A stretch of DNA of 64,000 nt from an uncultured Gemmatimonadaceae bacterium (GCA_963781585.1 CAWAGQ010000007.1:32001-96000), one strand, 5' to 3'; shown: positions 46,337 through 56,487, counted from the stretch's first letter. Numbers and translations are program-made. Notes: generated from the letters alone by a model not told the origin.

Positions 46337-48748
46337 TCAATCCGCGCGCAACGCCTGCACCGGGTCGATCCGCGTTGCAAATCGCGCCGGCACGTACGCC
46401 GCGACCAGTGCCACCACCAGAAGGAGTGCGGCTGACCCCACCATCGCGATCGGATCCGCCGGACTGACTTCATACAGCAGGGACGTCAGCAAGCGCGACG
46501 CCGCGAGCGCGGCCGCCAGTCCGACGATCACGCCCACCCCGGTCACGACAAACGCCCGGGCGAGCACACCACGCCGCAGGCGTTCGGGCGACGCGCCGAG
46601 CGCCGACCGCACGCCGAGTTCACGCATGCTCGCGCGCACGGATGAGGCCATGACGCCGTACAACCCGATCGCCGCCAGCAGCATCGATACCAGGGCGAAG
46701 GCGCCCAGCAGCAGCGCGCTCACCCGCGGCTGCATCAATGGGGCGGCGAGGAGGTCGCGCATCGGCTTGGCGTCCCAGAGCGTGAAGTCGGGATCGATCT
46801 CGCGCGCCGCCCGGCGCAGCGCGGGAAGAACGGTCGCGAGGTCTGTGGAGGTGCGCACGGCGAAATTGCCCTGCCAGAACGATTGACGCCACGGCAGGTA
46901 CACTGACGGCGTCGCCTCACGCAGCGAGCGATAGCGGATGTCGCCCGCCACTCCGACGACCGTCCGCCAGGTCGTGGAGTCGGGGCCCCAGAAGTAGATG
47001 TGCTTGCCGATTGGGTCGCCGTCAGGCCACAGGCGTCGCGCGGTGGCCTCGCTCACGACCGCCACCATTGCAGCGTTTTCCCGGTCAGCGCTTGTGAAGG
47101 AACGACCGCGACGGATCGGGATCCCGAACGTGCGGAAGTAGTCCGCGCCGCCGGCTTCCATGGGGAAGAACGCGTTCGACTTCATCTCCTCGCGCGTTTG
47201 CCCCTCGACATCGAGCCGGCTGATGAAGACGCTGGCGCCGAAGAACGGCGGAATGACGACCGGTGTCACGGCGGTGATCCCCGGCACGGCGCGCAACGCC
47301 GGCAACAGCCGGTCCCCCAGCGCGTTGACCATGGCCTGGCTGAACTGACCGGCCGAATCGAGGTATGCGCGCGGCGGGAACGAAAACGAGAGCAGGGAAA
47401 GTCGATCGGGATTGTAGCCGAGCGCGATACCTTGCAGCCGCTCGAGACTCCGGCCGAGCAGCCCGGCGCCAGCCAGCATCATCAACGCCAACGCGACCTG
47501 CGAGGCGACGAGCGCCTCACGCATGCGCCGGCGCGCTCTGGTCTCGGTGCCGGCGCGTGAATCGAAGCGCAACGGGGACGCAAGAGACCCGCGTGAGGCG
47601 ATGAGCGCGGGGACGACCCCGAACAGCAGCACGGCGGTCAGGGTCACGCCAACAGCGATGCTAATGGGCGCCCCGCTCAGGCCGATGACGTCGGTGCGCG
47701 GGAGTTTCGGCGGCGCGTACGCGAGCAGGACGCCGGTGAGCGCGGACGCGCAAAGCAGCCCGAGTGCGCCGCCGGCCACCCCGAGGAGCCCGCTCTCCAC
47801 CACCAGCTGCCGCACGATGTCGCCCGATCCGGCGCCGAGCGCCCGTCGCACGGACAGCTCGCGACCGCGGCCTGCAGCGCGCAACAGCAGCAGGTTGCCG
47901 ACGTTCACACACGCGATGAGGAGGAGGAGCCCCACCGCCGCCGCCAGCATGACCAGAATGGGCCGGATGTTGCCAACGACCACTTGCGTGAACGAGGCGA
48001 CATGAACGCCGTCGTACGCGCGGTCCGGGAACAGATGCCGCATGGTGCCGAAGAACTCGGTCTGCGCCGCCAGCGGAGTCGCGTCAGGCGCGAGGCGCGC
48101 AATCGCAATCACCGACAGGTTAGCCGACGGCTGCCAGGCGGGCATCCAGAGCCCGACCCCCGACGGATAGTCGAGACCAGCGGGCGCCACCCCGACAATG
48201 CGGTAGTTCAGCCGCTGGTACGGCTCCATCAGTCGGCGACCGACTATTCCCGAATCACCCCCGAACACCGTGCGCCACGTGCCATAGCTGATCACAAGTA
48301 CGGGTTCGGCCCCGGCCACCTCATCGTTCGGTTGGAGGAGACGACCGAGCACCGGTCGCGCGCCGAGCACGTCGAAGAAGTTGCCAGTGACGGTCGTTCG
48401 ACTGATGACCAGCGACCGATCACCGTCGAGGAACGGGGCGCCACTCGCACCCCAGTGCGCGACCCCTGCGATGTCGCGCATCGTCCGGCTGGTCGCTGCG
48501 ACCTTGGGCAGATCCTCGCGCAGCAACCAGAAGTCGGCGTTGGGGTCGCCCCGGTACGTGAACAACTGGACGATACCACGGGCGTCACGCACCGGGAGCG
48601 GGCGCAGCAGCACGGCGTCGAACACGGTGAACATCGCGACGGCCATGCCAATGCCGATCGCCAGGATCAGCACGGCCGTCGTCGCGAACGACGGCGAGTG
48701 TCGGAATCCGCGGAGCGCGAGGCGGGCGTCGTGCGCGACGCGATTCAT
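46337..48748 (-). CDS. ADOP-type duplicated ABC permease
   Basis: DARLALRGFRHSPSF, LLIACVNVGNL, RELGVRSALGA, VPARFATRIDPVQALRAD. Confidence 0.92.
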   Translation of the reverse strand: MNRVAHDARLALRGFRHSPSFATTAVLILAIGIGMAVAMFTVFDAVLLRPLPVRDARGIVQLFTYRGDPNADFWLLREDLPKVAATSRTMRDIAGVAHWGASGAPFLDGDRSLVISRTTVTGNFFDVLGARPVLGRLLQPNDEVAGAEPVLVISYGTWRTVFGGDSGIVGRRLMEPYQRLNYRIVGVAPAGLDYPSGVGLWMPAWQPSANLSVIAIARLAPDATPLAAQTEFFGTMRHLFPDRAYDGVHVASFTQVVVGNIRPILVMLAAAVGLLLLIACVNVGNLLLLRAAGRGRELSVRRALGAGSGDIVRQLVVESGLLGVAGGALGLLCASALTGVLLAYAPPKLPRTDVIGLSGAPISIAVGVTLTAVLLFGVVPALIASRGSLASPLRFDSRAGTETRARRRMREALVASQVALALMMLAGAGLLGRSLERLQGIALGYNPDRLSLLSFSFPPRAYLDSAGQFSQAMVNALGDRLLPALRAVPGITAVTPVVIPPFFGASVFISRLDVEGQTREEMKSNAFFPMEAGGADYFRTFGIPIRRGRSFTSADRENAAMVAVVSEATARRLWPDGDPIGKHIYFWGPDSTTWRTVVGVAGDIRYRSLREATPSVYLPWRQSFWQGNFAVRTSTDLATVLPALRRAAREIDPDFTLWDAKPMRDLLAAPLMQPRVSALLLGAFALVSMLLAAIGLYGVMASSVRASMRELGVRSALGASPERLRRGVLARAFVVTGVGVIVGLAAALAASRLLTSLLYEVSPADPIAMVGSAALLLVVALVAAYVPARFATRIDPVQALRAD

Positions 48749-48870
48749 GAACGATGCTGCTCCGCTGGGGAAATGGGGGGGCGAATGGAATAGAGCACCC
48801 GCGTCCGACCCGCGCCACTCATGACGGCTCTCGCGGCCGGGTGTGGTACGTACCTCTACCCGCGGTGGGC

Positions 48871-49632
48871 CTACTGCGTCGCGCTGCCCGCGACCGCCTT
48901 GCGGGCCAACGCCAGACGCTGCCGCAGCTGCGGGACGGCGCCGGCGGCCGCCGGGTTCGACGCCAGGCGGTTCAACTCGAGGTTGACCGCATCCAGCCCG
49001 AGGTTTGCACCGAAGCGCGCCGACACCTGCCTGAGCGCGCTCTGGAATCCGGGATCGGAGTCCATCTCGGTCTGCCCCAGCGCCTGCGCCTTGGCGAGGA
49101 TGTCGGTGAGAACGACGACCGCCCGCTGCACGTTCTCGGGTGACGCGAGAGACTTCGAGTTTGCGAACTGGGCGACCTCCGGGAGGCTCGTCGCGAAGCG
49201 TTGCAGCGCCGCGGCCTGTTTCGCGTTACGGGGGTGATCCTGATGCATGACTGCCTGCGCCGCCGCCATGATGGCGAACGGCGCCATCGCCGCGTGGGTC
49301 AGCACCGGCACACCGGGGACGACTCCTGCCACCGGGGCAGCGACCAGCGCCAGTCCACCGATAACGTGCACGAGATGCAGCGCTTTTCCCTCGACCTTGA
49401 AGACGACTCGGGTCACGTCGCGTAGCGGCATGAACCCGAACGCCGCCGCTGTCGCCAGGCTTGCGAGCGACGCCGTTGAGTGGCCTTCCGCCCTGAAATG
49501 CTCGTACGCCGCGCAGGACCCGATGGCGATCACCAGAAAGCCTGCGTGCAGGAGGATTCTCAAACCCACTGATTTCGGCGAGGCACGGCGCACAGCCGCG
49601 CCCTCCGGCACGGGCTCTCCGAACGACTTCAT
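48871..49632 (-). CDS. Hypothetical membrane protein
   Basis: About four N-terminal hydrophobic helices and a helical C-terminal domain; GGAGG RBS. Confidence 0.75.
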   Translation of the reverse strand: MKSFGEPVPEGAAVRRASPKSVGLRILLHAGFLVIAIGSCAAYEHFRAEGHSTASLASLATAAAFGFMPLRDVTRVVFKVEGKALHLVHVIGGLALVAAPVAGVVPGVPVLTHAAMAPFAIMAAAQAVMHQDHPRNAKQAAALQRFATSLPEVAQFANSKSLASPENVQRAVVVLTDILAKAQALGQTEMDSDPGFQSALRQVSARFGANLGLDAVNLELNRLASNPAAAGAVPQLRQRLALARKAVAGSATQ

Positions 49633-49860
49633 GCATCCTCCCTTCGCTTGCCGTGCGTATGGTAGTCGGGCGACCAGGCCGAAGCGGTACTCGTGGCCGA
49701 ACCTGCATTATGGATGTGGCGCGTCGCGATCCGCGTCCAGTGGCCTCTCACGGCGTCCGGTGCGTGTGGGCCAATCTGTCAGCACCCAGAAAATCCAACC
49801 GAGCACCCCGGACCGGAATGCCCTCGCTGGACGGAACTGCTCAGGCGGGAGTGCGACGCG

Positions 49861-51222
49861 TCAGCGCACCGTGATCACCAGCGGCGGAAGCGACATCGGA
49901 TTCCGGTTGGTCGGATCGGTCGTCGGTGTCGGTGTCACGAAGGGCTTCCTCGTGGCGCTCGATGCCGAGCCGGCCACGTCGAAGAAGAACTGCTGTTGCA
50001 CCAACTGCCTGATCTTCCGTCCATTCAGCTCGGGGGAAACGAATCGCATGTTCGGCACCGCGGCGCGTACGGCCTGCGTGAACAGGGAGTCGGTGGAGCG
50101 CACGATTCTCAGCGATCCCGTCAGCACCTGCCCGCTACTGTCCACCACGAACTGCGTCAGCACCTGCCCCTCGACGCGCGCGCTCCCGAGCGTGGAGGGA
50201 TAGGCGGGGACTCCAGACCCCTGGAGCGGGATGGCTGGTGTCGCGCCGTTCGGCGCGAAGTAGGTCCCTTCCTGCGCGCTGCCGGCCGCGGTCCGGTTAC
50301 CCGAAGTGGAAGTGGCCAGATCCGTTCCATACTTGGTCGAGCAGGCCAGAGCAGCTGCGGTGATCAGACCCAGTACCACGACGCGAGCACTCGGGTTGGC
50401 GGGTCGGGGCGTATTCATCTCGGAGATCCTCCGGCTCAGGTCGGAATTCGATTCGGCGAGCATGGTGGCGACATTCGTGCGTGACTGGCGCTGGGCGATG
50501 AACAGCAGGAGCCGGCCGTAGCGCTCTGTATCGCCGGACGTGCGCAGCACACGCGCGTCACAGTCCAGTTCCAGGGCGAGGCGCAACCGCCGAGCGATCC
50601 ACCAGGCGCCGAGGTTCCAGGGCATCAGCGCCACGGCCACCGCGACCGCGAGCGTCAGCTGCGGGTCGCGCGCCCGACAATGCTCCTGTTCGTGCTGCAT
50701 CACCAGCGCCCGCAACGGCGCATCGAGGTCGAGCAGCCACCGCGGCACGAGCAACAGTGGGCGCCGGACGCCGAAGACGGCCGGACCCAGCGAGGGCGTG
50801 ATGCAGACCGGGACACCCGCGATGACGTCCTTGAAGGCTGCTCGCTCCACCGCCGACAGAGACCGCAGCGCGAAGGCGAGCCTGACGAGTAACAACACGG
50901 ACGCGAGTGCCCAGAGTGCCACCAGCACCGCATCGACGCGTGTGGTCCAGGCTGCGGGAAGGGCGGGCAGGGCGGGGGCGATTGTGCCGATCGTCGTCCG
51001 CACTGCCGGCAGCGCAATCGGTGCGCCGTTCACTTCCGGCGCGGGAAGCAGCGCGGCGGCGACGGGAGCGATGATGGGCCAGGCGACGGCCACTGCGAGC
51101 GCGACCAGCCATGGGCCACGCGCCTGACGGCCAAGAGTGCGCAGGGCCCGCTCGGCCGCCAGGGCCGCCACACCGAGCAGCAGCGAGAACAGCGTGGCCG
51201 CAGCCATCCACGAGGCGATCAT
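49861..51222 (-). CDS. M56 (BlaR1/MecR1-like) metallopeptidase fused to a TonB C-terminal domain
   Basis: TM helices, HEQEH, PWN...ELDCD; C-terminal YP..L....VEG.V...FVVD..G...RF.P...G..V.Q. Confidence 0.9.
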   Translation of the reverse strand: MIASWMAAATLFSLLLGVAALAAERALRTLGRQARGPWLVALAVAVAWPIIAPVAAALLPAPEVNGAPIALPAVRTTIGTIAPALPALPAAWTTRVDAVLVALWALASVLLLVRLAFALRSLSAVERAAFKDVIAGVPVCITPSLGPAVFGVRRPLLLVPRWLLDLDAPLRALVMQHEQEHCRARDPQLTLAVAVAVALMPWNLGAWWIARRLRLALELDCDARVLRTSGDTERYGRLLLFIAQRQSRTNVATMLAESNSDLSRRISEMNTPRPANPSARVVVLGLITAAALACSTKYGTDLATSTSGNRTAAGSAQEGTYFAPNGATPAIPLQGSGVPAYPSTLGSARVEGQVLTQFVVDSSGQVLTGSLRIVRSTDSLFTQAVRAAVPNMRFVSPELNGRKIRQLVQQQFFFDVAGSASSATRKPFVTPTPTTDPTNRNPMSLPPLVITVR

Positions 51223-51602
51223 CGATGACCTCGCCGTTTCTTCTCCAGACTGCGCACCCGTCGCGACAGGCGCCGCAGGTCGTCCGTGCCCAGCGCGCGA
51301 TCGTCCACCAGGCGCGCGAGGAGCTGCTCGTGCGAGCCCTGGAAGAGCGTGTTCACCAGGCGGGCGAGTGCGCTCCGCTGCGCCGCGTGTTGGGCGACGC
51401 GGGGAAAGTAGCGGTGCGCGCGTCCCTCCTCCTCGTGCGAAACGAATTCCTTGGCCTCGAGGTTGCGGAGGATGGTGAGCACGGTCGTGTAGGCCAGCTT
51501 CGCGTCGAGCCGTTCGCGCACCTCGCTGACCGTGCCGGAGCCGATCTCCCAGAGCACCGCCATCACGTCGAGCTCGCGATCGCCCAGCGTCGTTTCGTCC
51601 AT
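51219..51602 (-). CDS. BlaI/MecI/CopY family repressor
   Basis: LGDRELDVMAVLW, LAYTTVLTILRNLE.K, F.GS...L; ATGA overlap with the M56 gene. Confidence 0.93.
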   Translation of the reverse strand: MDETTLGDRELDVMAVLWEIGSGTVSEVRERLDAKLAYTTVLTILRNLEAKEFVSHEEEGRAHRYFPRVAQHAAQRSALARLVNTLFQGSHEQLLARLVDDRALGTDDLRRLSRRVRSLEKKRRGHR

Positions 51603-51631
51603 GGGTCGCCAGTGCGGAAGGGGCGTTAGCA

Positions 51632-51689
51632 ACTATCAGGATAGTAGTATCTACCATCCGCGGCCCCGCTTGTCAACTATGCCGATAGT
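51632..51689 (-). promoter_or_regulatory. Two BlaI-type operators flanking a TTGACA -35 box
   Basis: ACTAT-N4-ATAGT at 51632-51645 and 51676-51689; TTGACA on the minus strand at 51676-51671. Confidence 0.75.
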
Positions 51690-51833
51690 AGCCGAGGCGC
51701 GACCGCGTTCGTGATCGTCACCGGCGCCAGTTTCGTGCGCAGCACTGCACCCGCGCCGTACCTCCAGACCAGCGAGAACTGCGTGGCGGCCAGACGCGCT
51801 CCGTCGTTTGGCGTCAGGCGGCGCGGATCGGAC

Positions 51834-52421
51834 TCACCGACTCGGCCGCGGCAGCGCCGACGGCGGAATCATCCCCAGGAGTCGCATGTAACTCGCGACC
51901 TGGCTGTAGTGCTCGGCGAGATCCGTCACGAACGCGAGAAGGTAGCGCGTGCGTACGATCGTGCGACCCGAGCCGGCTGGACCTGCCGGCAGCGGGTCGT
52001 CGAGCATCGCGTCATCGAGCCGGGCGATCGCACTGTCGCAAAACGCCAACGACGCCTTCAGGCGCGCGACCAGCGTATCCTTCGGCCACATGGCCTTGAC
52101 CGTGTCGGCCACCGAGTCCCTCGCAGAACGCGGGGCGTTGGCCTCACCGAGAGACGCGCACAGCTGGTAGTTCGCGTCCTCGAGGTGCTGGGCGATGTAC
52201 CCGATCGACTGCTGCACCGGAGTCGGCTTGTAGGCGTACCCGGCGGCGGGGATCGAGTCGAACGCCTCGACCAGCCAGCCGCCGTAGTGCGCGGCGAACG
52301 CTCGGTACGAGAGCGTCATGCCGTTGGTCGTTGGCCGCGGGGGCGCGCCAGTGGGCTGCTGAGCGACCAGAGTCATCGGCCCGGCCAGCGCGGACAGAAT
52401 CAGGATGCGGATGCTCGGCAT
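51834..52421 (-). CDS. Secreted DinB family protein
   Basis: Signal peptide, Y.YKPT, IAQHL, EHYSQ..SYMRL.G.IPPS. Confidence 0.85.
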   Translation of the reverse strand: MPSIRILILSALAGPMTLVAQQPTGAPPRPTTNGMTLSYRAFAAHYGGWLVEAFDSIPAAGYAYKPTPVQQSIGYIAQHLEDANYQLCASLGEANAPRSARDSVADTVKAMWPKDTLVARLKASLAFCDSAIARLDDAMLDDPLPAGPAGSGRTIVRTRYLLAFVTDLAEHYSQVASYMRLLGMIPPSALPRPSR

Positions 52422-52439
52422 GGGCGCTTCGCGGGGCCG

Positions 52440-52716
52440 GCTGTCCGGCACGCACCACCCGTGCAGCGCGCGCGGAAACACCTCGACCTCGGCGCGAACG
52501 TTCGCGGACGCGAACGCCCTACGGAGGGTGTCCTTGACCTCGGGTTCCCGCCTGTCGTCGTCGGACGCGATCGCGAAATACAGGCGCGCCCTGATTCGCG
52601 GGGCGAGGAGATGCGGACTGTCCGGCTGTTTGGTGACCAGAAATCCACCGTGGAAGGGACGCGCCCGCCCCCACCCGGTCGGGCAGCGCCGCTGCGGTCT
52701 TGATCACGTACGCACC
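52440..52716 (-). pseudogene. Dienelactone hydrolase family fragment (frameshifted, truncated at both ends)
   Basis: GAYVIKTAAALPDRVGAGAS / +1 base near 52657 / FHGGFLVTKQPDSPHLL...IASDDD...ALHGWCVPDS. Confidence 0.8.
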
Positions 52717-52897
52717 GCTCCGAATCCTCTGCGTCGTGTGTGTTCTCCACGGGATCCCCTCGCCGCGGGCCGGTGCGCCCAACGCGCGCTTCCACAATCG
52801 TCGTCGTGGCGAAACGGAGCGTCAAGTCCGAAACGCGGCTCGTGAGCCGCGCCGGCGCGTCGACGTGCTCGATGAGCGAGCATGTTACCTTGCCCGC

Positions 52898-53698
52898 GTG
52901 ACCACCGCGCTCACCATCGCAGTCGCCCAGACCATCCCGATCCGGGGTGACGTGGCGGCGAACACCGAGCAGCACCTGCGACTCGTTCGGCTGGCTGCGG
53001 GCGAGCAGGCGCGGGTGGTCGTCTTTCCCGAATTGTCGCTGACCGGCTATGAGCTGGATCTGGCGCGCGCGCTGGCGTTTACCGGGGAGGATCGTCGCCT
53101 GATGCCGCTGGTCGCGGAGGCGTCACTCCGCTCGATCACCCTCGTCGTTGGCGCGCCGCTCCGGATCGGAGTGGGGCTTCATATCGGCGCATTCATCATT
53201 TCGGCGGACGGCACAGTCGACGCGTACACCAAACATCGTCTGGGGGCCTTCGCAGCGAGTGCCAGCGCCGACGGCGTCGTTCCTCCCGCCGAGGCGACCG
53301 TCTTCGACGCCGGTGACCGGAATCCGCTCGTGAGGCTCGGCGACCATACCGCCGCGGTCGCCGTATGCGCCGACACGGGACGGGAGTCGCATCCGCGACT
53401 GGCCGCGGAGCGGGGCGCGACCACCTACCTCGCGAGCATGTTCGTCATTCCATCGGAATTCGAACGGGAAACAGCGACCCTCAGGGAACATGCCATCCGG
53501 TACGCGATGACGGTGGCGTTCGCGAACTACGGAGGCCCATCGGGGGGGCTCTCGTCAGGCGGAAGGAGCGCGATCTGGTCCGGGACGGGAGAAGTCCTGG
53601 CTCAGCTCGGCGCGTTCGGTGCAGGAGTGGCGGTCGCCGGCAAAGGCGATCCCGGCCGGGTCGGCAGGACGATCATGCTCGATCGCACCAGGGATTGA
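52898..53698 (+). CDS. Carbon-nitrogen hydrolase (nitrilase superfamily)
   Basis: E-K-C triad motifs: FPELSLTGY, YTKHRL, AVCAD. Confidence 0.9.
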   Translation: MTTALTIAVAQTIPIRGDVAANTEQHLRLVRLAAGEQARVVVFPELSLTGYELDLARALAFTGEDRRLMPLVAEASLRSITLVVGAPLRIGVGLHIGAFIISADGTVDAYTKHRLGAFAASASADGVVPPAEATVFDAGDRNPLVRLGDHTAAVAVCADTGRESHPRLAAERGATTYLASMFVIPSEFERETATLREHAIRYAMTVAFANYGGPSGGLSSGGRSAIWSGTGEVLAQLGAFGAGVAVAGKGDPGRVGRTIMLDRTRD

Positions 53699-53739
53699 GC
53701 ACGGCCTTCACCGGCTCCCGTGCTGCAGACTCGTGACGT

Positions 53740-54267
53740 CTATGGTCGCATGGGCGGCTGCACGATGAGAAGCGCCGTCGCGACAGAAGATCCGATGGTC
53801 GCGATGCCGAGCGCGACGAGCGCGAGAATATGGCCGATCACGCGCGCCTGAACCGGCCGACCAAGGAGGAGCTGGACATCGGCGGGTCGATCATCCCCGC
53901 CGAGTACGCGCAGTGTGTACGTCCCCGCGTGCCGAATCTCGAACGACCGCAGTTGCACCCGAACTCGCGTGAATGACCTGACGACGGTGCGGAAGACAAC
54001 GCGATGCATCGGGACGTCGCGTCCATCGGCGTCCGCGATCCCGAAATCGAGTCCGCCGAACCTCGCGGAAGTGGAACCCCCCTCAGCGTACAGGTCGTAC
54101 GAGCCGGCCGCGGCGAACGTCACGGTCTGCGCGACGGCGAGCGGCAGCGACGCGACGACCGATGATCGGAGCGTGCGAAGGAGACTCCTGATGGTGAATC
54201 CGAGGAGAATCGCAGCCACGACCGCGGCGGGTGCGCTCAGGAACACCCAATGCGATACCGGCTTCAT
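53740..54267 (-). CDS. Hypothetical membrane protein
   Basis: N- and C-terminal TM helices around a beta domain; ATGA overlap with the upstream gene. Confidence 0.7.
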   Translation of the reverse strand: MKPVSHWVFLSAPAAVVAAILLGFTIRSLLRTLRSSVVASLPLAVAQTVTFAAAGSYDLYAEGGSTSARFGGLDFGIADADGRDVPMHRVVFRTVVRSFTRVRVQLRSFEIRHAGTYTLRVLGGDDRPADVQLLLGRPVQARVIGHILALVALGIATIGSSVATALLIVQPPMRP

Positions 54268-54671
54268 GGGGTGTCGTGCACCGGGCGGCTGCCGGTTCGC
54301 GTCCGCTTGAGGAGGACGGCCAGCCGGCACTCGAAATCCGACGGGATGTAGATGTCCGTCTGATATGTCCGGTAGCCCGGAAATGAGATGCGCAGCGTGT
54401 ACTCGCCCATGCTCACCGGGCGAATGTCGTACGATCCATGGTCATCGGTGCGCGCGGTGTACACCACGTCCTTGTTGCCCTCCGCGCTGCCTCGCAGTTC
54501 GACTGTCGCATGAACGTCTTTCTCCTTCAGGTCGAGCCAGGTGACGCCCTCGAACTCCACGTAGCCGTGCATCAGCCCGCGGCCGGATTGATGCTCCGGA
54601 TGGCCCCCGCGGAGGATCAGCGTCAGAAGCAGTGCGCTTGCCGGGAGTGCGGCGCGAAACGATGTGAACAT
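54264..54671 (-). CDS. Carboxypeptidase-regulatory-like domain protein
   Basis: ATVEL...TDDHGSYDI..V..GEYTLRISFPGY; signal-like N-terminus. Confidence 0.8.
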   Translation of the reverse strand: MFTSFRAALPASALLLTLILRGGHPEHQSGRGLMHGYVEFEGVTWLDLKEKDVHATVELRGSAEGNKDVVYTARTDDHGSYDIRPVSMGEYTLRISFPGYRTYQTDIYIPSDFECRLAVLLKRTRTGSRPVHDTP

Positions 54672-54753
54672 GACAATCCCTCGGTGCCATGAGGAGGTGC
54701 TGGCGTGGGTGACACGCCAGATTCTGAATAGCGTCGCGGTGGTGCCGAAGCAA

Positions 54754-56427
54754 TCACCGGACGGGGCTGTGGCGGCTCGTGGCCTGGCTCTCGATGGCGG
54801 CCAACGCGTCGGCGATCACCACATCCGGATACTGCAGCAGCTTGAGCAAGGCAATGGCGTTCCGGGTGGACGAGGGCCCGGGCTGCAGCAGGTAGTCGAA
54901 CGTCAGCGCGTCACCATCGACCTGCTCCCGGAAATGATACGGTGTGTAGGCGTCACCCAGCATGTCGAGCATCTCCAGATCGTGCGTGGCAACCACCACG
55001 ATGTCAGCGCCGCGATCGAGGAACGACAGCACGGCGTAGGACGCCGCGATGCGCTCGGGAGTGTTGGTGCCCCGGAACAGCTCGTCCAGCAGGAAGAGCG
55101 CCTGACGCCCGTCCGCCTTGGCCTGGATCAGTGAGCGCACCGATTCGACTTCGGCGAGATAGTGACTCTTGCCGTCGACGAGGCTGTCGGAGCGGCCGAT
55201 CGACGAATGGACCTGAAGAAGCGGGGCGCGCCAGGTTTTCGCGCACACCGTGTGCAGCGTCTGCGCCAGCACCGCATTCACGCCGAGTGCGCGAACGAAC
55301 GTGGTCTTGCCGGCCATGTTCGAGCCGGTGATCAGCACGCTGGCGTCGCTGATCGTGATCGAGTTGGCGACGGGAGCGGTCAGCAGCGGATGATAGAGGC
55401 CGTCGGTGCGAAGTCCCTTTCGCGCTCCGGTGAATTCGGGTGCCGCGCAGTATCGCAGCGACCGCCGCCACGACACGATCGACTGCGCGGCGTCGATGTA
55501 GCCGATCGCGGCGAACATGGTCCGCAGCAGAGGACGTGCATCGCGCACGGCCTGGGTCCCGAACACGAAGGCGTTCACATCGAAGAGGAAGAGGAGGTTC
55601 AGGTACTCATAGATGGTGGCCGCCACCTCATTTGTCTGTCCCGGCTCGAACAACAACCAGCCGGTGGCCCGGCGAAGGAGTCCGAGTTGGCGCGCGCCGT
55701 CGCGTAGCGTCTCGACTTCCTCCTCGAGTCCGGGCAGCTGGAGTGCACCCAGCTGCCGCGCGACGCCAAGGAGCGCCGGGATTTCGTGGTACGCGGGCGT
55801 GAATGTCCGGACGCGCGGCTTGTAGTAGAGCTGCACGCAGATGTTGGTGGCGCACACGGCCAGCCAGATCACCGCGGCGCGCGGCCAGAACGCCACCAGC
55901 GCCAGGCAGCCGAAGGAGCTCGCGGTGAGAAGCGGGAAGATCCACCAGAGGCGCGGGCGGGAAGGGAGGTCGCCGAAGAGCAGCGCCACGATAAACGCGG
56001 CGCGGGGATCACGCAGTCGACCGAGGGCGTCGCGAAGCCGGGTCAGGACCGCGTCGTCGCCGGCCAGCGCCAGCACCGCCTGCTCGAGTCGCCGGAGCGG
56101 CGACGCCGAAAACCGGGGCGTGCGCAGCAGATGAAAGAGGTACTGGCGCCCGACCTGGCTCTCGGTGCGGTCGAGGGTGGAAAAGACCGCGTCCAGATCG
56201 AGGTCGCGCCAGGTGGCCTCGTCGATCGCGTCACCAGTCGCCGCTTCGGGCAGGCGGTCGTGATAATCGGCGACGTGTGACATGTCGGCCTTGCCTTCCT
56301 GCATACCGGGTCGCAAGCCGCGCATAACGCGAAAGGAGATGCGTCCCCGCGCGATGAGGCGCGGAATCAGCAGCCCGACGACGCCGACGAGGACGAGCGC
56401 GAGCAAGACGGGAGCAGCTTGTGTCAT
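54754..56427 (-). CDS. Membrane-anchored MutS-family ATPase (domain V; no mismatch-binding domain)
   Basis: ITGSNMAGKTT, KSHYLAEV, FLLDELFRGTN, VATHD, TRNAIALL; N-terminal and internal TM helices. Confidence 0.88.
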   Translation of the reverse strand: MTQAAPVLLALVLVGVVGLLIPRLIARGRISFRVMRGLRPGMQEGKADMSHVADYHDRLPEAATGDAIDEATWRDLDLDAVFSTLDRTESQVGRQYLFHLLRTPRFSASPLRRLEQAVLALAGDDAVLTRLRDALGRLRDPRAAFIVALLFGDLPSRPRLWWIFPLLTASSFGCLALVAFWPRAAVIWLAVCATNICVQLYYKPRVRTFTPAYHEIPALLGVARQLGALQLPGLEEEVETLRDGARQLGLLRRATGWLLFEPGQTNEVAATIYEYLNLLFLFDVNAFVFGTQAVRDARPLLRTMFAAIGYIDAAQSIVSWRRSLRYCAAPEFTGARKGLRTDGLYHPLLTAPVANSITISDASVLITGSNMAGKTTFVRALGVNAVLAQTLHTVCAKTWRAPLLQVHSSIGRSDSLVDGKSHYLAEVESVRSLIQAKADGRQALFLLDELFRGTNTPERIAASYAVLSFLDRGADIVVVATHDLEMLDMLGDAYTPYHFREQVDGDALTFDYLLQPGPSSTRNAIALLKLLQYPDVVIADALAAIESQATSRHSPVR

Positions 56428-56487
56428 GACGCTTACGTCCTTCACCGGGGGTTGATGGGTTCTGCAGCGATCCGTATTGTGGGCTCC

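Noticed and set aside
54754..56427. Canonical mutS or mutS2
   Set aside because: Lacks the mismatch-binding and Smr domains, so no gene symbol is assigned.
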